63,696 nt of DNA from Trichinella spiralis (lineage: Eukaryota). Below, piece after piece: positions 53,201 to 63,696 of this stretch. How positions within the stretch are numbered: the stretch's first letter is position 1; each line of letters begins with the position of its first letter. A model generated the notes under the pieces. The model was not told the DNA's origin and made no database searches. It saw only the letters and a program-made list of their open reading frames with translations. The translations under genes and the position numbers were made by a program. Where the stretch lies: positions 84,440 to 148,135 of the forward strand of contig NW_003526940.1 of the NCBI RefSeq assembly GCF_000181795.1. Reading direction: 5' to 3'.

Positions 53201-54989
53201 CGAGGTGGAAGCGCACTGATCAGAGGCTGGGCTGCGAGCATAATCCCTGCCGTTGAAGACAAAGGTCAACGACGCAGCCGTAGACGACAACTAACGGCAG
53301 CAGAGAACAAAGGATAAGGACGCACCCACTGATGGTGGCCTGATGGGGCAGCGGATCAAACCCGCTGATGAAACAATCGATGCTATCTTAAAGAGTCACA
53401 AGACAGAGGCTGTCAACAAGACAATACCAGATCAAACATCAGTCTGACCCTCGGTGCCACCTGAGACGAGAGCCTGACTATAAGTATGAGTGGCGGAGAC
53501 CTGCGGCCAGGTAAAAGGGCGAGACCGTGGTAAAAACGAGTGGTCATGTCGAGATGTCATAGATCAGTCTGTAAAATGGAATTCAATCGGTTCGAATAAT
53601 CTGTCGTCAGGTTCTTCTGATCGTCAAGTATCAGAGCGGCAATTTTGAGACTCAACGCGTTCAAAATCGTTCACCGCTTTAAGTGTTAGATCAAGTAGTT
53701 CCAATCCACACTACTTCAACGTCTGTGTTGAATATCAGCCTTTTCCTTTCAACTGATACCGATCTAATCAATCTTATCAGATTCTCGTGGTTCCTGTTTT
53801 CCCACACAGTATCCACACTGTATACAGGAATCAAGCAAGATCCGTCTTCACGTGGACTCCTTGGGTCAAGCAAGAAGTACACAATCGTCTTTGCTTACGT
53901 AATTCCTTACGCAAACAGTAGATTCAAACGAACGTATAATTATACCTTCGTTTCCGTACACGGTAACTGTATCGACAGTAACAATCACACTCAATCAACA
54001 ACAATCGGTGGAATCAAATCTTTACTAACGTCCTAATTTCAAGCAAATCAATCAATCTATGACAAGTTCTTGTTGCATACGGTAATCTTACAGTAAGAAT
54101 ATGTGATAATTAAGCTACACATTGTTTTCACTGTTCTTAACACAGTCGCGAATGTGGGACTGAAAGGAACAATCTGCCTAAGGCCGTGTGACGGGATACC
54201 ACAGATCGCGAGGCTGATTCGCTGGCATCCGTCAGCGGATTGTTACACTATCTCTCTCTGTTAACAGATATGTTAGTTCTTGTATTTATTCGATGTCAGC
54301 AAAATAATCGCGACCGTGGACAACAGGTTTACGCAGGCGCGAAGATAGTCGCGTTAATTCTGAAACTCAGGCTGCTCCATCAGCCACGGCAGACGGTTCG
54401 TTACATGGTCAAGCATCAACAAAAATCAAGCGCATGCATGCTTTTTCGTGTTGTAAACTTGAACAATAAATCCCTATCTAGAACATTTTGTTTTTCCTGC
54501 TGAGCATTTGCTAGATCTTGAGTCGCCGCTGACGTTCATACATACAAGCTACTGCTTGAGCATCAGAGGTTGTTCCGCAAGAATTGCTGGAGCAGATTCT
54601 TTAAACATCAGTTCACTGTGGCATTTAAATGAATGTTGGAGCATAAATTAAATCCAGTCTACTTTTGCAAAATTTTGTTTACAATACAAATTATAGAAGG
54701 AAATCTCAATGATTACGCAATGTTCCAGTGGATTACGTACAAGTTTTCGTGTATATTTAAAGTGTGAAATATATGTAATAAAATTATGTTTTTGAAACAA
54801 TAAAATCATATTTTATAAAAATATTGCAATACAAGAAAATTCAATGTTTATAGCATTGTAACAAGCCGCTCTCAGGGAGGCTCGTTCGTCACCCCAATCG
54901 TACTACTGTCACCATCATCGCTAGTCGACGACGCGCCGGTTCGCGCTTTGTCGGTAACATTCTGATGTGTACGCATGAACACATCACGT

Positions 54990-55678
54990 TATCTTGGAGT
55001 GGCCGCCAGACTGGGTAAACCCCAGACTCCTTTCTCATTACTGCGTGCGAACCTCTGAGAAGCGGAACTTATTTTCCGCTCAAAGCTGGCTTCCCGGCAG
55101 AAGATGGACGCGTACCGGACTTACGTGCTGCTACGTTTGACTTTTCAGCTTATTGTAACGGGTCACAAATAATTAGACAAAGAAATCACACAATAGTCAT
55201 AATTGTTATTACGGGTAAATCATTATAGACCACAAGCCGAGGCGCCACCTATCGACAAGGAAAAAACTCTACGGAACACTGATTGGCTAGAAGCAGATCG
55301 GACAAGAAAGGCGGAAGTGAGAATTCGCAGTGAGTAAACAAGATCAGTGTGTTGATCTGGATCGGTGTCGGTGTGCTGTGCTTGTTGAGAAATAAACGTT
55401 TAACTTTTCTCATTATGACTCGTTTTGATGACGTTAATAAGAAGGAGAAAAAGGGCGCTACATTATGATTGCCAAATTCAACAACATCAAGCAATCAACC
55501 GGTGAGTACAACCACGCAATACTGAGGCTGGTGAAACGTTGCTTCCAGCTTCTGGTGGAGACGTCCACTGATTACATCAGAGCCCTGAGGTTGTGTGGTG
55601 GTCTGGGCGTGTTTTCGTTGCTCGAGTTGTACGCAACCGCAAAGGTGTCACGGGCACTCAAGATGCTCTGGTCTCCCC
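54990..55678 (+). mobile_element. Non-LTR retrotransposon (R2-superfamily, NeSL/Utopia-like) RT-end fragment embedded in the Gypsy 5' LTR
   Basis: After removing 55154-55462 it reads YLGVAARLGKPQTP...SKLASRQKMDAYRTYVLLRLTFQL MIAKF...ILRLVKRCFQL...LCGGLGVFSLLELY...LKMLWSP. This is RT domain 7 (YLGV), the LAPWQK-like motif and the GGLG motif. Confidence 0.7.
55154..55462 (+). mobile_element. Nested solo LTR
   Basis: TGTAAC...GCTACA with a 4-bp TSD TTAT on both sides and AATAAA at ~55391. It interrupts the non-LTR RT reading frame. Confidence 0.85.
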
Positions 55679-58600
55679 AATCATACTACTGTCACCATCA
55701 TTACTGTACGTTACTGTATTACTTGAATAAAAATATATAATAAAAAGCACTTTGCACAGACATAACAATTGACGACAAGTGCGAGATGAAGGATACATTC
55801 ATTGGTGCTATCAGCCCTTTCGACCTGAAGGTATGTCAGTTTCCGGTTTACATTTCGCGGTTTAAGCAGTTCCTGATGGTGAATGGGGTGCTGGAAAGTA
55901 AACGCGCGGCGGTTTTCTTCACCGTCATGGGCGATGAGCATTTTCAACTGTTAACGAATCTTGTCGTACTGAAGGATCCTACCACGATGTCGTTTGACGA
56001 ATGCGTCAGTGTGTTGACGGATCACTTCCAGCCACGTTAGAAGTTGTGGAGCGGCAGAAGTTCTTCAACTGCAGAGTGCTGATGACATCGTCAAATCTTT
56101 CGTAGCTAAGCTGAAAAAGTTGTCGTTAAATTGTGCTTTTGATACGCACTTGCCATCGGCGTTGAGTGATCAATTTAATTTGGGCCTGCATGGTGACGTC
56201 ATAAAACGACGGTTATTTTTGCAACCTGATATGACATTTGAAAAGGCAGTTCAATTGGCCCAGCAGATGGAAGCTGCTGATCAAGAGATGGCGGCATGGC
56301 GGCCAACAGTTGAAGAAGCGCCTGCTGACCAGTCGCCTGCTACAGTACATCAGACCCAAAGCAGCGTTCAGAGAAGGGTGAAGCAAACGCAGAGAGCGCC
56401 CGCTCAGACGGGCAGATATAAGAAGTCTGGATGCCACTGTTGTAGCAAGCTGGATCATTGGGCATCGGGCTGCCCCCACAAGAATGACAGATGTCGACTG
56501 TGTGGACGTGTTGAACATTGGAAAAGAATGCGTTGATCCCGCGAAGTCTAGTCGATTTTTAATGTGCCATCTAAATGTGTACCAGCAATGTTATTGCATG
56601 TGGAAATGAATAAGGTGCCAGTCACAATGGATCTGGACACTGGAGCTCCTTGCAGTATTACTGAAGAAGAAACCTGGATGATGCTTCGTCGTCCGACGTT
56701 GCGTCTGACGGTTGTCACATTACAAGTGTACGGAACTGGTCAGAAACTACGCACTCTCTGCTCTAGTCGAGTGGAAATGCAGTTGAATGGGCATAAGGAG
56801 AAGGTGGACGTGTTTGTTATTCAGGCACCCGGCTACCCATGTTTATTTGGCCGTGATTTATTGGAGAAGTTTCTCGTGGATTGGAAAGCGCTTAAAACGA
56901 TGGCAACAACAACAACAACAATGAAACCCCTAGCGATCAATGCCCTGTCACTGACAGAGGTGAAGGGAAAGTTTCTGAAATTAGGCCGTGCTACGACGGC
57001 GAAAGCTCACTTGGAGTTGCGTCCAGATGCCCGATCAAAGTTTATGAAACCGCGCAGTGTGCCATTCGCGCTGAAAGCTAAAATTGAAAATGATTTACAA
57101 CGGTTGGTGGATATGGGCGTTTTACAGCCGATTACAAGGTCAGAATGGGCCAGTCTGATAGTACCTGTGCTGAAATCAGATGGACAGTCAGGATATGCGG
57201 TGATTTATGACTCACAGTTAACGCAGCTATTCAGGCAGATTGGTACCCGCTACCATCGAACAAAGACTTTTTTGCAACCCTGAGTGGTGGAACTGTGTTC
57301 TCCAGATTGGATTTGTCAGATGCGTATCTGAAAATTGAAATGGAAGAGACTGCCAAAAAGTGCTTGGTAATCAACACGCACAAAGGTCTGTTCCAGTACA
57401 ACACACTTCCCTTTGGAGTAAGCTGTGCGCAGGCTCTTTTCCAGCATACTATGGAGCGTATCACGGCTGGACTGGAAGGCATGAACTGCTATTTGGATGA
57501 TATTACTGTTTTTGGAAGTTCAACGAAGGAGCATGACGAGAGATTGTTCAATCTATTGAAACGCCTATATGCGGAATGTTTTCGACTAAAAGCGTCGAAG
57601 TGAGCAATCAGCCAGCATGAGTTAGAGTATCTGGGGCATGTCGTGCAAGAACAGAAGTAATTTTAAAGGCACTGAAGCCATTAGATGCTACAACGCTACG
57701 TAGTTTGCTTGGGATGGTTAACTACTATCACATCCATTGTTTACCCATTATATGCCTTGCTGTATGAGAATGTCGTATGGTCGTGGAAACCAGCTTGTGA
57801 TAAAGCATGGAAAGCGTTGCGTACCGCCCTCATATCTCTGGATGTGCTTATGCATTATAACTCTGAGTTACCCGTTCGTTTGGAGTGTGATGCTTGCGGA
57901 TATGGAATCGGAGCAGGGCTATCACACATCCTTCCACATGGTAGCCACCACTCAATAGTGTTCTCGTCGAAAACATTGTCGAAAGCGGAAAAGAACTATT
58001 CACAAATTGAATGCAAAGCCCTGACACCGGTTTTTGATGTTCAAAAATTTCATCGCTATCTGTTCCGCAGAAAATTCACGCTAGTGACGGATTACAAGCC
58101 GTTATTGTTAGACTTCGGACGAAAGGACACATTACGTCCGTAAGTGCATCATGCTTGCACAGATTGTCAGTATTGTCTGCATATGAATTCGATTTGATGT
58201 TCAGACCGAACGAACACCATGCCAACGCAGACTATTTATCCCGGAACCCGATCCACGTGATCGAAGACGAGTGCTTGCAGGATGCTACCCCCACGGTAGT
58301 TGTGTCCATTGCTTTCCTGGATGAACGAAGAGGTTCGTGAGCAAACAAAACAAGACATGGCAATGTCATATATTTGGTGGCCACGCTTGGATGAGGACGT
58401 GGAACTGTTGGCCAAGACGTGCACCACATGTGAGGTTAATCAAGCTGATCCGGAAAGGTATCTGGTACATCCATGGGTTATACCTGAAAAGCCCTGGCAG
58501 CGATTGCATATGGACTTTTGTGGACCAATGTTCAACCGCATATGGCTGGTTTTCATCGACACCATGACAAAGTGGCCGGGGATAGTGTGCTTCAAAAACT

Positions 58601-60369
58601 ATCTGACGGAAGGAATGTTGGTATAAGCACTACAGGCAATATTCACACGTTTTGTGTATCCTGAAGAGATTGTGACGGATAATGGATCAAGTTTCACTTC
58701 TGCATTATTTTTGCATTTCTGCAGTTCCTTTAGAATACGCAAAAGATTGACGGCCCCGTATCATCCAGCAACGAACGGCGAAGCAGAGCGTTTTGTTGGA
58801 ACTTTCAATGAAGCTATGAAGAAGTGCTCACAGCTGAGACAGCTTCATCAGGAAGTACAGCGATTCTTCCTCACGTACCGTACGGCACAACACCTGAGAA
58901 CGTATGCATCACTATCAGAATTGCTGATGTCTAGGAAAATACGGACGCAATGGGACCTGCTGAAACCTGACACCGTGAAGAAAGAGAAGACGACAGGAGA
59001 AAAGGTGGATCATCAGAAAAATGAGTCATACAGACTTCATGATAAGGTGTGAGCGAGAGATTTTCGCACTAACTAGCGACGATGACCCAGCGTCGAAGTT
59101 GTGAAAGTGTTTGGACCAAGACATTTCATAGTAAAGACAGAGGCGGGCCTTTGGACGAGGCACTTGGACCAACTCTGACGACGCTATGAGGAGGAGAAAG
59201 TTTCCGCAGAGCAACTGACATTACCATCAGATCATAATACAGTTCCGTCAAGCCACACCAATATCCCCGGGACCTTTGTCATTCACAACGAAGCCATCAG
59301 GTTCCAAAAGATACAGTGAGTGATTTTCAAAGCAAAGCAGGAGCAATGATGTGTATGCATGAACACATCACATTATTGGTTCTTGATTAGCACGTTACTG
59401 TACGTTACTGTATTACTTGGATGAGAATATGTAATAAAGAGCACCTTGCACGGCCATAACACATTCTCACATTCATATAACAGATCAAGAGTGGAATATT
59501 TATTAACAAATCTGAACAAGGGCTGCTACTGATTCGTCACAGTAAATTTCAAAAACCAGCAACTGCTATCGCTCCACTTGATGCCAACAACCATACTACC
59601 ATAATCCTTTCCTGATCTTCAAGTGTCCATGTGTTTACGGTAGTTTCATTGCTCCTTTTCCCCTTCATCGTCTAAACCAGTGTTTCTCTTCAGAGGGCGT
59701 AGGAAGATTCCAGGGGAGGCGTGGGTAGTATAAATTTTTAGTTCTGCAGAGGTGTTCCAACTTCGAGCTAAATTTTTACCGCCTTTTCTTTCTGGACATC
59801 TTACTTTAAGCTTAACAGCTTCAGTTGTGCACAATTTATCATTTTCTTTGAACTAAAATCGCCTTTAAGAATTCACTTGAGGTAATGAGAGATGTGAATA
59901 ATTGCTGACAGAGGCCTATGCACCATATCATAAACTGACAGAACAAAGCTGTATGTTGTCTAAATGGAGGAAACAAGCAAGGCAGTAAAAAATCCGCCTG
60001 AAGTGGATCATCACATTTTGTCTACCTTTCCTTCATTCACCATCGCGGCAACACCAACTTTTGTTGCTATATGTGTGTATATTTTCTGTGTAGTTATTTC
60101 ATTTAGTCTGACATATCTTGCAGATACTTTTGAAGCACAGAATTTACCTAATTGTAACTGGAAAATAGAAACTGTAAAGAGCAAACACGAATGCTATACT
60201 TCACTATGATATTGTTGAGTGTTTTATTGCAAAAATTTCTTCATGGTTAAAACAAGTTTAATACGGAAAGTTTACATGGTTATCAAAACTCAACGAGCTT
60301 TCCAGTGATAAGTGCCTCAGCGAATATATGAAAAGAAATATCAAAGCGCAACTTACAAGCCTAGAAGAG

Positions 60370-60656
60370 GGGTGGTTTTACTCGGTCCCGCTTTTCTCTC
60401 ATTGGTCTTTGCCCACGCTATTTTATTAGACCGTCAAATCTTTGTCGTATTGGTTTTCATTTTATTTGGCCGTGAAGTCTTTGTCATATTGGTTTTCCTT
60501 GTCTAATTGCTCAGTGAAGTCTTTGTCGCATTGGTTTTTTCTGTCTAATTGCTCATTGATTCAAACTCTTCAGTTGTGATTAAGATTTGACGGTCCAATA
60601 AAATAGCGTGGGTAATGACCAATGAGAGAAAAGCGGGACCGAGTAGTACCAAACCC
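60370..60656. mobile_element. Non-autonomous Mutator-type MITE
   Basis: ~72-bp terminal inverted repeats beginning GGG (60370-60441 vs 60582-60656), a 9-bp TSD CTAGAAGAG (60361-60369, 60657-60665) and internal tandem tctttgtc.tattggtttt units. Confidence 0.9.
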
Positions 60657-61746
60657 CTAGAAGAGGAGTTTTTTCTATTTTCTTGATAAAGAATCTCAAA
60701 ACTTGATCCATGAACGTGTGAGAAATCCATTTATAGTTAACGTCGAGCATCTTCTACATGATCTCCACATCATCCACAAGGAGCCAATGAATTTCAATTC
60801 AACAACCTTGCTAACGGTAGCTTCGAAGGTATGCCGTTAGAAAGCTTCTTGGTGAAATCACAAGCTGCATATTAGAAAATAAGTTCACGAAGCTTACGTA
60901 TATTAGTTTCCTTTCCCTCAACGTACCTTTGTGAAACGTGATTCTCAAGGATCATGACACTTCAGCACCGTAACAGGCTAAGCGTTGAATGCGACTTGGG
61001 TTGAAGCGACTTCATTTTCTCTCCTTGCGCACTTTCTTCTTTGCGCAAAAACCAAAAAAAAACAAAAACAGTGGAAAAGAAGTGTCATAATTTACTTGTT
61101 AATGTTACCTTAATTCAAAACTACCATTTTTTTAAAAGAAAATATTTCAAGCCCTGCCCTGTGATTGTTTTTCTCTTTCTCTTTGAAATTAAAAAAGGAA
61201 CGTTCTATTTCTTTTACTGCACTTGATTATTTATTAATTATTATTTTATGTTTCTTTCTGTTTTCTTTTTTGTTTTTTGTTTTTCTTTTTTTCCCCTCTT
61301 TCTATCATTTACCGTTTTTTCTTTTAGCACCGTGATAGTTTTTGTTCATTCTTTTTTTGGGTTTTTTGTTAATTAATTAATTAATTAATGATATTTTTCA
61401 TAATTTCAATTATCTGCCGGTAAGTGAACGAAGCTCAACCGAGTGAAAAAATTGTGTGCTTTGTGTGTGGAGGGGGCGGATTACGTACTTCTTCCTTTTC
61501 TTTTCCTTTTTGGAGTATTTCAATCTTTTTCCTCTCTCCATTTTTTCTTTTCAACTTAGTCCAATTGATTATTCTGATGAGTAGTTAGTACTTTTGGCGC
61601 TTTAATGGTTCTGTAATTGTAGAATAGGTTGGAATTTGTTAGTTAAAATTCAGGATCATGTGGCTTGGAAAGAATCGTAGAAAAGAATTCATTCATTCAG
61701 TCATTGTGTCTTTTCGAAAGGATCACCTTTATACAATATATGTATA

Positions 61747-61940
61747 TGTAACAACGTGATGCGCAGGCATGCACGCGACTACCGTACCCGCTAGCCTCCG
61801 GTATGCACGTGATACTCCAGTAGTTCAAGGTCATTATTATTGCTTTGTGCCGTGCTAACGCGTTGCCGTTTTTCCGGGTGTGATTACGAACAGTTGCGTA
61901 ATAAAACTTGATATCATGACCGATAGTAAAGAGTGTAACA
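61747..61940 (+). mobile_element. Short solo LTR
   Basis: TGTAAC...TAACA with TSD TATA and AATAAA at ~61900. It is absent from the paralogous (TA)n site at ~46650-46662. Confidence 0.88.
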
Positions 61941-62721
61941 TATACATGGCAAAAAAATAAGCAGGTTTCAATTACATTCTGTATTTTTGTTTCCAACCCA
62001 TTATTTGCATATTTTTTTGGAAAAAATTTCTCCCGTAGGCTTTTTGTTTTTCGTAAGCTGTTTTGAGGTTTCTTTTCAATAGCACACAGTTGAACAAAAG
62101 TTTATTTTTGTTTTGGCAAAATTATTTTCCCTTTCCTACAGTACTCGTAGATAAACCTGCAGGTCATTTCTAGTTTTTGTTCCCCGTGTGTACTGTTCAA
62201 CATCCGCATCGATAAGATCGTTGATTTTTGTTTAACGTCAAAGAAAGAACCACATTGAAGTTTTTTGATCAATAATATCCAATTCCATTCATTCTTAACT
62301 TGTCTCGTTGTCGATATCTCACCAACCGGTGTGCAGTTGTGCAATTATTGTGGTGCAGCATTGTATGCAACCGGTACTGCCACTGTTTCCCGAAAATGTT
62401 CGTTTTGTTCATGTTTAATTTTGAAATAAAAAGTGCAAAACAACAAGCAATTGAATTTATGAAAAATGTTTGCCTGTTGAACGATGTTGGCTAATTGTTG
62501 CGTTTTCCAATAATAACATGTTAAACAAAAAAAATTCCACTAAATCATTCAATGCAAGCACATGTTTATTTATATAATTTTACTTCTTCAATTATTGTTA
62601 TTATCATCATCATCATCATCATTATATCAATTGTAATAAACGTAATATAATAAAAGAAATAATGTGAACGAATGAATGAAATTTAAAATTCATATTTGAA
62701 GAAATATAATCAGTAAATTGT

Positions 62722-63410
62722 TCAAGTTCCACGACCACGTTTGGGATTTCTTTTTCCTTTTCTTGTATGATGATGCTTGAAATAGAGCTTTTTTAAAACC
62801 TTGCGACTGATCTCATCTCTGTCAGAAAAGTTGTACCGTTCAGAGGGATATTTTGCAGCTGTACAAAACGTGCTCGCCTCGTATGGTGACTCCACTTGGA
62901 CGTAATGCCTTCGAAACATAATGCTTCCACTTGCTGTAAGCAAATAGAGCTTACTGCCGTCCGGCAACATCAAAAGGTTGCACTTTGAATCTGAACATTT
63001 GAATTTCTTTCGAAACAAACGATTCAAAGTGTGAAAACAATCATCACAGTAATTTCCAGGATGACGACTGTAACTAAACTGTTCAGACAGTTTACAACGA
63101 CCAGCACCCTGATGTCTTAAATGAAATTTGCTTCTTGCTTTTGATCTTCTTCTCCAACGTCTTCGCCTTCTTCTTCTCCTGCTGTCACTGCTTCGACTTT
63201 CTGACCGACTCCGGGGTGCATCAGTTTCATCTATGGAATAATGATCAGAATCATAGTCGAGTGAACTAAAAGGAGATTTGCTTCTGCTTGAAGTTGATCG
63301 TCTTCTTCTTTTTTGCCTTTTTCTTTCTTTGATTCTTCTTCTTTGACTTTCCCGCCTATGGGATGCATCACTTCCGTCTGTGGAATAAAGTTCAGAATCA
63401 TAGTCGAGTG
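62722..63410 (-). CDS. Arg/Ser-rich basic protein, family member D (5'-partial)
   Basis: The C-terminal ~230 aa are open and closely paralogous to member C (HPGNYCDDCFHTL...AAKYPSERYNFS...RNPKRGRGT). The N-terminus is lost in degraded sequence beyond ~63410. Confidence 0.75.
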
Positions 63411-63696
63411 GAACTGAAAAGAAAATTTGGTCTTCTTGGTTGAAAGTTGAATCGTCTTCTTCTTTTTTCGCCCTTTCCTCCCCTTCTGGCTTCTTCCCTT
63501 CTTCCAAATTTTTTGAAGCCCGGGGGAAGGCATCACCTTCCCCCCGGGGGAAAGGGCTATTCCCCCCGAAAATTGAAAAAAAAAATTCCCTTCTGGGGTG
63601 CGGGGGGGAAGATTCTTTCTCCTTTTTTCAACATCCTCCCCCCCAAAAGAAAAAGAGAACACTTTCCGGGGGGGCACAAAAAACGCTTTCTTTTTT
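63411..63696. other. Probable low-quality read tail
   Basis: Paralogous sequence (cf. 27260-27480) degrades into inflated homopolymers (ccccccggggg, gggggggaa) at the scaffold end. Confidence 0.75.

Larger units (their letters stand above)
54963..59461 (+). mobile_element. Full-length but decayed Gypsy (Mag-like) LTR retrotransposon
   Basis: 5-bp TSD CATTC (54958-54962 and 59462-59466). Both LTRs start TGATGTGTA.GCATGAACACATCAC and end ...CATAACA (54963-55767; 59347-59461). PBS-like ttgacgacaag follows the 5' LTR and a purine tract precedes the 3' LTR. Internal gag has two knuckles, followed by protease LDTGA, RT YLDDI, RNase H and integrase (WQRLHMDFCGP, VTDNG, PYHPATNGEAERFV). Multiple stops and frameshifts. 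Confidence 0.93.
61032..63410. repeat. Segmental duplication, copy 2 (pairs with 45945-48200)
   Basis: Colinear with copy 1 apart from a 194-bp insertion. It runs into low-quality sequence at the window end. Confidence 0.92.

Noticed and set aside
63411..63677. N-terminus MEEGKKP... of ORF 62722-63507 and ORF 63231-63677
   Set aside because: They fall in homopolymer-inflated, low-quality terminal sequence, so they are not trusted as real starts.

Overview
AT-rich eukaryotic scaffold with GT-AG introns and three N gaps. It is most likely a Trichinella-like (clade I) nematode; this is inferred from a recognisable FLYWCH/MULE repeat and the base composition, not proven. Two spliced RNA-regulatory genes are present: a 12-coding-exon GW182/TNRC6 homologue with canonical Ago-hook/PAM2/RRM architecture (10927-15516 +), and a 4-exon MEIOC homologue (42632-45050 +). 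Three conserved genes have intronless CDSs: PRELID1, an RBM7-like RRM protein and mitochondrial ATP synthase subunit c. Four related, intronless, minus-strand genes encode Arg/Ser-rich, protamine-like basic proteins (456-1454, 27081-28214 disrupted, 47459-48715, 62722-~63410). The three whose C-termini are visible share a PGxYCxxC motif, and this family is the best candidate for an undescribed system. The last two copies lie in a ~2.3 kb segmental duplication separated by a ~12 kb transposon nest: a BEL/Pao remnant, a gag remnant, a TSD-bounded Gypsy element whose 5' LTR carries a non-LTR RT fragment plus a nested solo LTR, and a MULE-type MITE. Three solo LTRs have clear target-site duplications. 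All family assignments come from motif recognition by eye; no database search was run.
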